A stretch of 64,000 nt of DNA, taken from contig CAVFAY010000005.1 in assembly GCA_963620595.1 (NCBI GenBank), positions 52,187-116,186 of the forward strand. Reading direction: 5' to 3'. The number at the start of each line of letters is the position of its first letter. Within the stretch, counting starts at the first letter, position 1. The translations under genes and the position numbers were made by a program. The DNA comes from Anaerotignum sp. GTDB taxonomy: Bacteria; Bacillota; Clostridia; Oscillospirales; Butyricicoccaceae. The notes beneath the pieces were generated by a model. It saw nothing but the letters and a program-made list of their open reading frames with translations. It made no database searches and was not told where the DNA came from. Shown in pieces: positions 10,347 to 19,837 of the stretch.

Positions 10347-11762
10347 TTAGAAACGAAAATCGCGCTGACCTTCATGAATATTTTCAATGTATACCGTTGC
10401 TTTTTCTCGTACGGCTTCATTCGGGATGGTGAGCAGTTCTTTCTTGATGAGGGCTTCACCAATCGCACGAGTTTCCGGAGACGCATAATCTTCCAGATAT
10501 TCCTTGAGTGTCATCAAGGCGTTTGGATGGCAGCAGTTGACGATCTGTTTGCTCTTGAGCAGAGACATAAAGCGGTCACCGGTTCTTCCGGCGCGATAAC
10601 ATGCGGTACAGAAGCTCGGTACATAGCCGAGATCCATCAGCCAGTGGACGACTTCATCCAGCGTGCGGCGGTCATCGACTTCAAACTGGGTGGTATCATC
10701 CGGGCGATCTTCTTCGGTGTAGCCGCCGACACTGGTGCGGGAACCGCCGCTGATTTGTGAGATACCCAGATTCAGAACGCGCTCGCGGCTTGCCTGGCTC
10801 TCACGAGTGGAGATGATCATGCCGGTATACGGCACGGCGATGCGGATACAGGCGACAATCTTGGCAAAGGTATCATCAGAAATACCGTTGTCAAAGACGT
10901 CTGGATCAATGTCATCTGCACGACGGACGCGCGGTACGCTGATGGTGTGCGGTCCCACACCCTTATATGCCTCCAGATGTTCCGCATGCATGATGATGCC
11001 GGTAAAGTCGTAGCGGTAGTTGTTCAGACCGAACAGTACACCGAGACCGACATCGTCGATGCCGCCGTCCATGGCGCGATCCATAGCTTCCGTGTGATAG
11101 GCATAATCCGACTTTGGACCTGACGGATGCAGTTGTTCATACGACTTTTTGTTGTATGTCTCCTGGAACAGAATATAGGTGCCGATACCTGCATCCTTAA
11201 GCTTGCGGTAGTTTTCCACTGTCGTTGCGGCAATGTTGACATTGACACGACGAATGGCACCGTTTTTGTGCTTGATGCTGTAAATCGTACGAATGGATTC
11301 CAGAATGTATTCAAGTGGGTTGTGAATCGGATCTTCACCGGCTTCCAGCGCCAGACGCTTGTGTCCCATATCCTGCAAAGCGATAACTTCCTGACGGATT
11401 TCTTCCTGTGTCAGCTTTTTGCGCGGAATGTGGTGATTTTTCGCGTGATACGGACAGTATTCGCAGCCATTGATGCAGTAGTTAGACAAATACAGCGGTG
11501 CAAACATGACGATGCGGTTGCCGTAAAATTCCTCTTTGATTTTGCGGGCGAGCGCATAGATTTTTTCGTTTTCGTCTTCCAGCTCACAGTCGAGAAGAAC
11601 AATGGCTTCCTTGTGGGAAATGCCCTTCATCTTTGCTGCTTTTTCCAAGATCTGGTCAATGACTTCGCGGTTATTTTTGTTTTTTTCTGCGTAGGCAAGA
11701 CATTCGCGGATTTCTTCATCGCTGATGAATTCCTCTGCCTTCGGTGACATCACGTTGTACAT
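10347..11762 (-). CDS. hydG: [FeFe]-hydrogenase H-cluster radical SAM maturase HydG
   Basis: FAPLYLSNYCINGCEYC (CxxxCxxC); C-terminal PSFCTACYR...C; ends RDFRF. Confidence 0.95.
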   Translation of the reverse strand: MYNVMSPKAEEFISDEEIRECLAYAEKNKNNREVIDQILEKAAKMKGISHKEAIVLLDCELEDENEKIYALARKIKEEFYGNRIVMFAPLYLSNYCINGCEYCPYHAKNHHIPRKKLTQEEIRQEVIALQDMGHKRLALEAGEDPIHNPLEYILESIRTIYSIKHKNGAIRRVNVNIAATTVENYRKLKDAGIGTYILFQETYNKKSYEQLHPSGPKSDYAYHTEAMDRAMDGGIDDVGLGVLFGLNNYRYDFTGIIMHAEHLEAYKGVGPHTISVPRVRRADDIDPDVFDNGISDDTFAKIVACIRIAVPYTGMIISTRESQASRERVLNLGISQISGGSRTSVGGYTEEDRPDDTTQFEVDDRRTLDEVVHWLMDLGYVPSFCTACYRAGRTGDRFMSLLKSKQIVNCCHPNALMTLKEYLEDYASPETRAIGEALIKKELLTIPNEAVREKATVYIENIHEGQRDFRF

Positions 11763-11787
11763 ACAATTTCCTCCTGATTTCTCTCTC

Positions 11788-12036
11788 TTACAGCTTAGAA
11801 TACACGGATTTTGCCGTCACGCCGTCCAGCATACCAATTTTTCCGGACATAGCACTGATAATAGACACCGGCGCATCGACAGCGATACTGATGAGCGAAA
11901 TATGCCGCTTTTCATACGGCAGACCCATGCGGCCGATGATATACTTTCGATACTCGTGCAGAATTTCGTTGAGCTGGTCGATGTGATCAGCACGTTCAAC
12001 GACGATGGCGAGAATCGCAACGCGGGTTTCCTCCAT
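11788..12036 (-). CDS. TM1266-family iron-only hydrogenase system putative regulator (ACT-like)
   Basis: RVAILAIVVE...LNEILHEY..YIIGRMGLPY...SGKIGMLDGVTAK; AGGAGGAG RBS. Confidence 0.85.
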   Translation of the reverse strand: MEETRVAILAIVVERADHIDQLNEILHEYRKYIIGRMGLPYEKRHISLISIAVDAPVSIISAMSGKIGMLDGVTAKSVYSKL

Positions 12037-12059
12037 AGTAAACTCCTCCTCATACATAT

Positions 12060-12210
12060 AAAAACATCCCTGCGCGGCTGCGCAGAGATGCAACGAGCTT
12101 GTTGTTCACATCCGTCTTTCCCGTGAGAAATTGGATTCTTGCGGGGCAGTCTATGTGCAGTCAGCAGCGGTTTGCAGTGAGAAGAAACCTTCTGTCTGCG
12201 CACCAATATA
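12060..12210 (-). promoter_or_regulatory. Structured 5' leader ending in intrinsic terminator (candidate attenuator/riboswitch)
   Basis: Extended -10 TGGTATAGT at 12216-12224; 11-bp terminator stem plus U5 at 12060-12090 before the RBS. Confidence 0.55.
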
Positions 12211-12259
12211 TACTAACTATACCACAGATTGCTGAAAAAGTACATGGAAATGCTGCCGG

Positions 12260-13036
12260 TTATGCATCGGCTTCGAAAGAACGCTGATTGTCTATGTGTA
12301 ATTCATAACGGACACGGTCAGCAATCGTCAAAATCAGTTCGCGGTTTGGCGGTCGTCTTGTGGAACTGAAGCCTGTCATTCGTCCGCCGGAGCGCTTCCA
12401 CGCAATTTCTACAGCATTGCGAATGTCACGTTCGACACTTGTCCACGTTGTGTGATATTTTCGTGCGACAGCCGGATATAAAATCTTGGTCACTGATTCT
12501 GCAACGGAAGGATCATTCAGCGTCATGAGAATACATTCCCGTGCATACCGATAACCGGCGACATGTGCCGGCAGCTGCAAGCTGCTGATGATTTGCGTGA
12601 CACGGCGTGAGACATCATGTGCAGAGGGCTGTTGTTGATCTGGTAAAAATTTCCGCGGAGTACAGCCATAACGGATAATCAGTTCCACGAGAGAAGTCAG
12701 ATCAATCGGTTTGCGCAGGAAAAAGCTAGCACCGAGCCGATCACATTCCGCTACCGTATGCGAAGAGGCGAAGGAAGAGACAATAAAGATCACAGGACAT
12801 TGTTCCGCGGGCAGATCTTTCAATTCTTTGAGAATAGAAAGCGCGTTGCCGCCGGGCAGCATCAGATCGATCAGCAGAGTGTCTGGCTGCTCCTGCAGGA
12901 TCATATCAGTTAATCCGTCGCCGGAAGAATAAATGCCGGTAATCGACAATTCTGCTGAGACTTCGATCGCGGATGACAGCGAACGGGTGAGGCTGGAATC
13001 ATCCGATGCGATCAAAATACGAGTGAGCGATAACAT
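12260..13036 (-). CDS. Spo0A-family response regulator (receiver + Spo0A C-terminal domain), divergent
   Basis: Receiver SDD, IDLMLP, RKP; C-term LPAHVAGYRY..VTKILYPAVARKYHTT..VERDIRNAVEIAW. Confidence 0.85.
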   Translation of the reverse strand: MLSLTRILIASDDSSLTRSLSSAIEVSAELSITGIYSSGDGLTDMILQEQPDTLLIDLMLPGGNALSILKELKDLPAEQCPVIFIVSSFASSHTVAECDRLGASFFLRKPIDLTSLVELIIRYGCTPRKFLPDQQQPSAHDVSRRVTQIISSLQLPAHVAGYRYARECILMTLNDPSVAESVTKILYPAVARKYHTTWTSVERDIRNAVEIAWKRSGGRMTGFSSTRRPPNRELILTIADRVRYELHIDNQRSFEADA

Positions 13037-13103
13037 AATAGAATCCCCTTTTTTGAAGTATTTATCGTGTATGTATTATAACGGAAATTAGAATGCGGAA
13101 CAA

Positions 13104-13286
13104 TGACGGAGTTGTACAAAAAGTTATCCAAAACGAAATATCGACAATTCTTGTTTGTGCCGAATAATTTCGGATGAATGTCAAATTTTTACGAAAAAAC
13201 TGTCATTTACACGGATAGAAAACGAAAATTTTATCGGTAAAAATGACGATAAATAAGATATTTAGAATTATCGCGCCAATTCGACA
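13104..13286. promoter_or_regulatory. Cluster of 0A-box-like sites (TGNCGAA)
   Basis: Perfect TGCCGAA 13158-13164 and TTCGACA 13280-13286; 1-mismatch copies at 13104, 13140, 13179, 13189, 13244. Confidence 0.5.
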
Positions 13287-13342
13287 AAAACAGAAAAAGA
13301 ACAGATCCTCTGATGAAATCAGAGGATCTGAAAAAGGTGCAA

Positions 13343-14875
13343 TTATTTCTTGTTTTCCAGACGTGCGTTGACCTCATCAAAGGTAGCAAGAATGTCTGCG
13401 GGTGGAGTTGGTGTCACCAGACTGACAACAACATTAACGAGCAGAGCCAGAACAAATGCCGGCAGCAGCTCATAGATACCCAAAATACCGCCTATCGGAG
13501 CGATCAGGAATTTCCAAACGAATACCATGATGCCGCCGACAACCATGCCGGACAGGGCACCTTGCAAGGTGGAACGCTTCCAGAACAGTGCCAACAGGAC
13601 AATCGGACCAAAGGTCGCACCAAAGCCTGCCCAAGCAAACGATACAATCTTGAATACCGAGCTATCTGGGTTACGTGCCAAGAACACCGCAATAACGGCA
13701 ATAACAATAACGGTCAGACGAGCGATGAAAATGCTCTGTTTCTGGGTCAACTTGACACCGAATAGATCCTGCAGCAGGTTCTGCGAGAAGCTGGAGGAAG
13801 CAGCGAGCAGCTGTGAGTCTGAGGTAGACATAGTGGATGCCAGAATACCGGACAGAATCACACCGGCGATGATAGCTGCAAGAACGCCGTGGCTGCTGAT
13901 GAGCTGTGCAACGGTGATAATGATGCGCTCCGGATCTGCCAGTACCGGTAGAGCCCCGGCTTTGGTCATACCCAAACCGGAAATACCGATGAATACGGCA
14001 ACAGCCATAGAAATCACGACCCATACTGTAGCGATACGGCGCGAGGTCTTGAGTTTTTTCTCGTCTTCGGTTGCCATAAAGCGTAGCAGAACGTGCGGCA
14101 TACCGAAATAGCCGAGTCCCCATGCCAGCATGGAGAACGAGGTCAGTGCGCCGTAGGTAGAAGCAGAATTGGTCTCCGGATTGTATACACTAGTCAGGCT
14201 CAAATAACCTGGCAGGGCACGCGCATTGGTCAGTACGGCATCCATACCACCGGCCATGTGTGTGGCATAAACCACAACGATGACAATAGCAATAGTCATA
14301 ACAATAGACTGAATCAGATCTGTCGTGCTGGCTGCCAAAAAGCCGCCCAGTGCGCAGTAACCAACAATAATAGCCGCGCTGACAACCATGGCAACCATAT
14401 AATTTATTCCGAACAACTGGTTAAACAACTTACCGCAAGCAGCAAAGCCGGAAGCGGTGTATGGAATAAAGAAGATGATGATGATAACGGCGGCAACAGA
14501 AGAAAGAATGTGCTTTTTGTCACCATAGCGATCTGCGAAGAAGTCCGGAATCGTGATCGAGTTGGTTGTGTGAGTGTATACGCGGATGCGGCGTGCTACG
14601 AGAAGCCAGTTGAGATATGTACCGATTGCCAGACCAATTGCCGTCCAAACGGCATCGGCAATACCAGTTAGATAGGCAACGCCTGGCAGACCCATAAGCA
14701 GCCAACTGCTCATATCAGAGGCTTCCGCACTCATGGCGGTAACTAGCGGACCGAGCTTTCGACCGCCTAAGTAGAAATCATCGGTGTTTTTGTTCTTGTT
14801 GGACATTTTGAAACCGATGAGCAGCATCCCTACGAGATAAACGATAATCGTAAGGACAATGAGAATGTTAGACAT
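13343..14875 (-). CDS. putP: Sodium/proline symporter
   Basis: DFYLGGRKLGPLVTAMSAEASDMSSWLLMGLPG; WGLGYFGMPH; MSTSDSQLL. Confidence 0.92.
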   Translation of the reverse strand: MSNILIVLTIIVYLVGMLLIGFKMSNKNKNTDDFYLGGRKLGPLVTAMSAEASDMSSWLLMGLPGVAYLTGIADAVWTAIGLAIGTYLNWLLVARRIRVYTHTTNSITIPDFFADRYGDKKHILSSVAAVIIIIFFIPYTASGFAACGKLFNQLFGINYMVAMVVSAAIIVGYCALGGFLAASTTDLIQSIVMTIAIVIVVVYATHMAGGMDAVLTNARALPGYLSLTSVYNPETNSASTYGALTSFSMLAWGLGYFGMPHVLLRFMATEDEKKLKTSRRIATVWVVISMAVAVFIGISGLGMTKAGALPVLADPERIIITVAQLISSHGVLAAIIAGVILSGILASTMSTSDSQLLAASSSFSQNLLQDLFGVKLTQKQSIFIARLTVIVIAVIAVFLARNPDSSVFKIVSFAWAGFGATFGPIVLLALFWKRSTLQGALSGMVVGGIMVFVWKFLIAPIGGILGIYELLPAFVLALLVNVVVSLVTPTPPADILATFDEVNARLENKK

Positions 14876-15025
14876 GTTTCGTACTCCTTTTGTGAAAGTA
14901 TCATACTTATTTATTTTAGCATAAAAAAGACCAAACGAAAATATAGAACGAATACTAGAATAAAGTTTGTACTATACAGACAAAAGAAAACGCATTTTGG
15001 ACGAATATGCGTGTAAAATGCCGGC

Positions 15026-15613
15026 CTATTTTGTTTTATATGCGCTTAAAAATAACGGAAGTTCTGCACCGGAATACTGATACAAAGAGTAATCTCCATT
15101 GCAGATGCACCAGTCGTAAATCATTGCACGCTCCAGCATCGCGTAAGCTTTGATAATTTCATTGACGGAAACATCGGTGCGCAGCTGTCCGCGGCTCTGT
15201 CCTTCGATCACAATTCGACGCAAAACGCGGTAGTAGGTACGGCTCTGATTGAGCAGATGTCGGTCTCCGTAGGTGATGAGCTGAGAGGAATACATCTGCG
15301 CGAGCAGATCCATTGGCACGCTGTTTTCGATCATGAGGAACAGCTCGTGGTTGAGGTACATGAGCTTGTCGAAGCTGTTCATCTCCGGATTCATTTCCTG
15401 CATCAGTTGTTCGTATTTGGCGTCAAATAAATAAGAAAGAGAGGAAAGTAAGGCATCTTTGCTGTCAAAATAATGGTAAAACGAGCCTTTGGATGTCTCT
15501 GAGCGCTCGACAATTTCTTCAATCGTTGTGCCCTCATATCCCTTTTCGTAAAATAGCGACCATGCAGCGTCGACGATGCGGCCTTTGGTGTTGCGGGCAT
15601 CCTTTTTTGCCAT
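15026..15613 (-). CDS. TetR/AcrR-family transcriptional regulator
   Basis: IVDAAWSLFYEKGYEGTTIEEIVERSETSKGSFYHYFDSKDALL. Confidence 0.92.
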   Translation of the reverse strand: MAKKDARNTKGRIVDAAWSLFYEKGYEGTTIEEIVERSETSKGSFYHYFDSKDALLSSLSYLFDAKYEQLMQEMNPEMNSFDKLMYLNHELFLMIENSVPMDLLAQMYSSQLITYGDRHLLNQSRTYYRVLRRIVIEGQSRGQLRTDVSVNEIIKAYAMLERAMIYDWCICNGDYSLYQYSGAELPLFLSAYKTK

Positions 15614-15777
15614 GCAGGTGACCTCCTGTTTCTTTTTTGTTTCTATTATACGGCAAAAAAATCTGGTTAGACAAGAGAAAAGTTTACAAATATAGGCGAT
15701 TTGTTTACAAAAAGTTTCTTGCAGTTACCTAGAAAAACAAGTAAAGTAAACATATAACCCACAAACAGAGAGAGGAG

Positions 15778-16089
15778 ATGGCACAAATGACGATGGAAAA
15801 ATACAACATTTTCTTTGACAGTCCGGTGGGATTGCTGTCCGGCACGTTGGATTTATGTCAGACAGACTGCGGGCTGACGGGGCATATTACCATGATGGGA
15901 CACGGAACCAATATTACCGACGGAAACATCATCGATGATAAGCGGGATTTTTATGGAACTGTTTGGCTCCGAGAGGAAGAAGTGCCGTTTCACGCACAGG
16001 GCGTGCTGGAAGACGGCATGTTAGAACTGGATATGAATATTGGGTCTCAGCTGTTTCCGCTCACAGGATTTCCGGTTCCTACAGCATGA
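15778..16089 (+). CDS. Hypothetical small beta-rich protein
   Basis: 103-aa ORF, AG-rich RBS, fills intergenic gap. Confidence 0.6.
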   Translation: MAQMTMEKYNIFFDSPVGLLSGTLDLCQTDCGLTGHITMMGHGTNITDGNIIDDKRDFYGTVWLREEEVPFHAQGVLEDGMLELDMNIGSQLFPLTGFPVPTA

Positions 16090-16156
16090 GCTGTTGCACG
16101 AAACAGGGAGGACTGGTATAATAAAACCAGTTTTTTATCTCAAGGAGGCTTCCTGT

Positions 16157-16744
16157 ATGGCACGCACGAGTACAATCGAACGCAACACAAACGAGACTAA
16201 AATTAAACTGTCATTGAATCTGGATGGAACCGGTAAGGCAGATATTGCCAGCGGTGTAGGTTTCTTCGATCATATGATGAACGGATTTACCCGACATGGA
16301 TTATTTGATGTCGATCTCAAGGTCAAGGGTGATCTGGAGGTTGATTGTCATCATACCATCGAAGATACCGGCATTGTTCTCGGCAATGCAATCCGCGAGG
16401 CAGTTGGCGATAAAAAGGGTATTAAGCGCTATGGTTCCTGCATTCTTCCGATGGATGAAGCATTGGTTTTGTGTGCGGTGGATTTGTCCGGTCGTCCGTA
16501 TTTGGTCTTTGACGGCGAGTTTACGGCTGACCGCTGCGGAGATATGGATACCGAAATGGCACGCGAGTTTTTCTATGCCGTATCTTATGGCGCGGCGATG
16601 AACCTGCACATCAAGGTGCTGTACGGTTTCAACAATCATCATATTATGGAGGCAATGTTCAAGGCATTTGCCAAAGCACTGGATGCGGCCACCATGTATG
16701 ACGAGCGCATCACAGATGTACTGTCCACCAAGGGCACGCTGTAA
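16157..16744 (+). CDS. hisB: Imidazoleglycerol-phosphate dehydratase
   Basis: RNTNET, FFDHM, DCHHTIED, NNHHIMEAMFKA, STKGTL; own promoter TTGCAC-17-TATAAT at 16094-16122. Confidence 0.96.
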   Translation: MARTSTIERNTNETKIKLSLNLDGTGKADIASGVGFFDHMMNGFTRHGLFDVDLKVKGDLEVDCHHTIEDTGIVLGNAIREAVGDKKGIKRYGSCILPMDEALVLCAVDLSGRPYLVFDGEFTADRCGDMDTEMAREFFYAVSYGAAMNLHIKVLYGFNNHHIMEAMFKAFAKALDAATMYDERITDVLSTKGTL

Positions 16745-16759
16745 AAACAGAAAAAATAG

Positions 16760-16797
16760 AAAAAATGCTTCTCCTTGTACCGGAGAAGCATTTTTTT
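16760..16797. terminator. Bidirectional intrinsic terminator
   Basis: AAAAATGCTTCTCC-ttgtacc-GGAGAAGCATTTTT. Confidence 0.85.
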
Positions 16798-16806
16798 GTG
16801 TCTGTA

Positions 16807-17364
16807 TTACTGCATTTGCAGAAAATATTCATGAATTGCCGTGTTGTCATCTAATTCCGGATGAAATGCCGTGACGAGCTGATTTCCCTGCCGCGCTGCG
16901 ACAATGTTTCCGTCCACAGTCGCTAATATCTGCGTATCGCCCTGCACAGAGGCAATATACGGCGCGCGAATAAAGGTCATAGGCAAAACACCCAGCGCAC
17001 CAAACGATTGTTCCGTGTGAAAGCTGCCGAGCTGTCTGCCGTAAGCATTGCGCTTGACGGAAATATCCATCGTTGCAAAGCATGGCTTTCCGCCGTCTAT
17101 CTGCTTGGCCAGTAGGATAAGACCTGCGCAGGTACCCAATACCGGCATTCCATCTGTGATGCGCTGCTTGAGCGGCTCCAGTAATTCAAGCTCTGTGAGT
17201 AGCTTGCGCATGACGGTGCTCTCTCCGCCCGGCAGAATCAATCGATCCATCGGCCGAGATAAATCGCGCTTTTGCCGAATTTCAAAATGCGGTACCTGAA
17301 GCCGATCCAATACAGCGGCGTGTTCGGCAAAGGCGCCTTGCAATGCCAGAATACCTACAGCCAT
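16807..17364 (-). CDS. pdxT: PLP synthase glutaminase subunit
   Basis: GILALQG, LPGGEST, GTCAG, RNAYGRQ, FIRAP, FHPE. Confidence 0.96.
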   Translation of the reverse strand: MAVGILALQGAFAEHAAVLDRLQVPHFEIRQKRDLSRPMDRLILPGGESTVMRKLLTELELLEPLKQRITDGMPVLGTCAGLILLAKQIDGGKPCFATMDISVKRNAYGRQLGSFHTEQSFGALGVLPMTFIRAPYIASVQGDTQILATVDGNIVAARQGNQLVTAFHPELDDNTAIHEYFLQMQ

Positions 17365-17365
17365 C

Positions 17366-18238
17366 TTACTTGCCTCTTTCTGCCATCAACAGAGCAATTT
17401 CATTTTCGTTGATGCCGACCATTGCTTCGCCCAGATTTTCAGACAGCTTGGCAATCAGCTTGGCATCCGTGTAGTTAGTGACGGCCTGTACAATCGCAGC
17501 GGCACGCTTTGCCGGATTGCCGGACTTGAAGATACCGGAGCCGACGAAAACACCCTCTGCGCCTAACTGCATCATCAGGGCAGCATCAGCTGGTGTGGCA
17601 ACGCCGCCAGCGGCAAAGTTGACAACCGGCAGTCTGCCGTTTTCATGCACATAGCGCAGCAGTTCAACCGGTACTTGCAGCTGCTTGGCTGCTTCAAACA
17701 GCTCATCGTCGCGCAGATTTTGTACTCGGCGGATTTCTGCATTCATCGCACGCATGTGACGAACAGCCTGTACGACATCACCGGTGCCCGGCTCGCCCTT
17801 AGTGCGAATCATGGATGCGCCTTCCTCAATGCGGCGCAGAGCCTCGCCCAGATCTCGTGCACCGCATACAAACGGTACCTTGAACTGGGTTTTGTCGATG
17901 TGATAGACATCATCTGCCGGAGAAAGCACTTCGCTTTCGTCAATATAGTCGATTTCGATGGCTTCGAGCACCTGCGCCTCTACAAAGTGGCCGATGCGGC
18001 ATTTTGCCATGACAGGAATAGAAACCGCTTCCTGAATGCCGCGGATCATTTTCGGGTCACTCATACGGGATACGCCGCCCGCTGCGCGGATGTCAGCCGG
18101 AATACGCTCGAGTGCCATTACGGCACATGCACCGGCTTCTTCTGCGATCTTTGCCTGCTCCGGTGTGGTGACGTCCATGATAACGCCGCCCTTGAGCATC
18201 TGTGCCAACTCTTTATTTAACTGGTATCTGTTCTCCAT
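17366..18238 (-). CDS. pdxS: PLP synthase lyase subunit
   Basis: [41 protein letters not shown]. Confidence 0.97.
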   Translation of the reverse strand: MENRYQLNKELAQMLKGGVIMDVTTPEQAKIAEEAGACAVMALERIPADIRAAGGVSRMSDPKMIRGIQEAVSIPVMAKCRIGHFVEAQVLEAIEIDYIDESEVLSPADDVYHIDKTQFKVPFVCGARDLGEALRRIEEGASMIRTKGEPGTGDVVQAVRHMRAMNAEIRRVQNLRDDELFEAAKQLQVPVELLRYVHENGRLPVVNFAAGGVATPADAALMMQLGAEGVFVGSGIFKSGNPAKRAAAIVQAVTNYTDAKLIAKLSENLGEAMVGINENEIALLMAERGK

Positions 18239-18360
18239 GATAAGAAACCTCCTCAAGATCTTTACTTTTTGGATGTAACCCAGTATAATGCTGTTGTGGC
18301 ATGAATAAAATACCCAATGAAAAGATATTCAGTCAGGTCAGATTGGAGGAAAGAACAGTT

Positions 18361-19773
18361 GTGATTACCTATAATCTTATGAATAGCGGGTCAGATTCGC
18401 TGTATGCGTATCTGTGTAAAAGCATCAAACGGGATATTTTGCAGGGGACACTCAAGAAGGGAGAACGGTTGCCGTCCAAGCGTGCATTTGCCTCCAATCT
18501 CGGTGTCAGTGTCGTTACGGTAGAGAACGCATATGCGCAGTTAATTGCGGAAGGATATATTTATTCCATTCCGAAACGGGGATTTTATGTTGCAGATTTC
18601 AGCGATCTGCCAGCAGAGCCGCAGCAAAAGACACCGATATTTTCTCAGGAGATGGTTTCGCTCACTGGTGGAGACAGCTCGTACTTTGCCGACTTTTCCA
18701 GCAATCAGACCTCTTCTGACCTGTTTCCGTTTACGATCTGGTCTAAGGTCATCCGAGAAATTCTCAATGACAGCCGCGTGCAGCTCATGACAAATTCGCC
18801 GTGCGGCGGTATTTTTGCGCTGCGCGAGAGCATTGCGCGGTATTTAAAAGATTTTCGCGGCATGACGGTTCGGCCGGAACAGATTATTATCGGCGCAGGC
18901 ACAGAGTATTTATACGGTCTGCTCATTCAGCTGCTCGGAAATGACAAGATTTACGCGGTAGAAAATCCCGGCTATCGCAAACCGGAGCGCATTTACAATA
19001 GCTATCATGTGCCGCGCGCGTGGATTTCCATGGATGAGGCGGGCATTCGCGTGCCGGAGCTGGAGAGGGCGGAAGCGGATATTGTGCATATCACGCCGTC
19101 TCATCAATACCCGACGGGAATCGTCATGCCGATTAGCCGGCGGTATGAGTTGCTCGCGTGGGCATCGCGCAAAGAAGGCCGATATATTATTGAAGATGAC
19201 TATGACAGCGAATTGCGTTTGAGCGGACAGCCGATTCCGACTTTGCAGAGCATTGATATGTCCGGCAAGGTCATTTATATGAATACGTTTACCAAAACCC
19301 TGTGCTCTACCGTTCGTATCAGCTATATGATTTTGCCGCAGCCATTACTCGAACTATTTTATGAAAAGCTGTCATTTTATTCGTGTACAGTATCCAATTT
19401 TGAACAGTATACTCTGGCTCGATTCATCGAAGAGGGAAAATTTGAATCGCATGTCAATCGGCTGCGCAGTCATTACCGGAAAAAGCGCGATATTTTTCTG
19501 GAAGCTCTGCATCGCAGTAAATTGGAGCATTTGGCAACGGTTTCCGGCTCGGAAGCGGGGTTTCATTTCCTGCTGACGCTTCGCACGGATATTCCGCAGG
19601 AAACGGTGATGGCTCGTGCTCAGTCGAAGAGCATCAAATTGGTGCCGCTGTCCTCGTATTATTACGGAGAAGCACCGGAACACGTACAAAATGTGTATGT
19701 TATGAATTTTTCTTCGTTGGATGTCAGCAATGCAGAAGAGATTTGCAGGAGATTGTATGCGTGCTGTGTGTAG
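18361..19773 (+). CDS. pdxR: MocR/GntR-family PLP-dependent regulator divergent from pdxST
   Basis: wHTH LPSKRAFASNLGVSVVTVENAY; AT domain TPSHQYPTG, EDDYDSE, TFTKTL; GTG start after GGAGG; GGTCAG motif just upstream. Confidence 0.88.
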   Translation: MITYNLMNSGSDSLYAYLCKSIKRDILQGTLKKGERLPSKRAFASNLGVSVVTVENAYAQLIAEGYIYSIPKRGFYVADFSDLPAEPQQKTPIFSQEMVSLTGGDSSYFADFSSNQTSSDLFPFTIWSKVIREILNDSRVQLMTNSPCGGIFALRESIARYLKDFRGMTVRPEQIIIGAGTEYLYGLLIQLLGNDKIYAVENPGYRKPERIYNSYHVPRAWISMDEAGIRVPELERAEADIVHITPSHQYPTGIVMPISRRYELLAWASRKEGRYIIEDDYDSELRLSGQPIPTLQSIDMSGKVIYMNTFTKTLCSTVRISYMILPQPLLELFYEKLSFYSCTVSNFEQYTLARFIEEGKFESHVNRLRSHYRKKRDIFLEALHRSKLEHLATVSGSEAGFHFLLTLRTDIPQETVMARAQSKSIKLVPLSSYYYGEAPEHVQNVYVMNFSSLDVSNAEEICRRLYACCV

Positions 19774-19837
19774 AAAGCGATTTACTTTTTTGCATAACGT
19801 GGTATGATAGATAATACCGGAAAAGGAGTTGAGACAA

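Noticed and set aside
12110..12160. Cobalamin riboswitch call for the hydG leader
   Set aside because: Only ACTGCCCCGCAA and CGGGAA fragments match; AGGGAA and the B12 box are missing.
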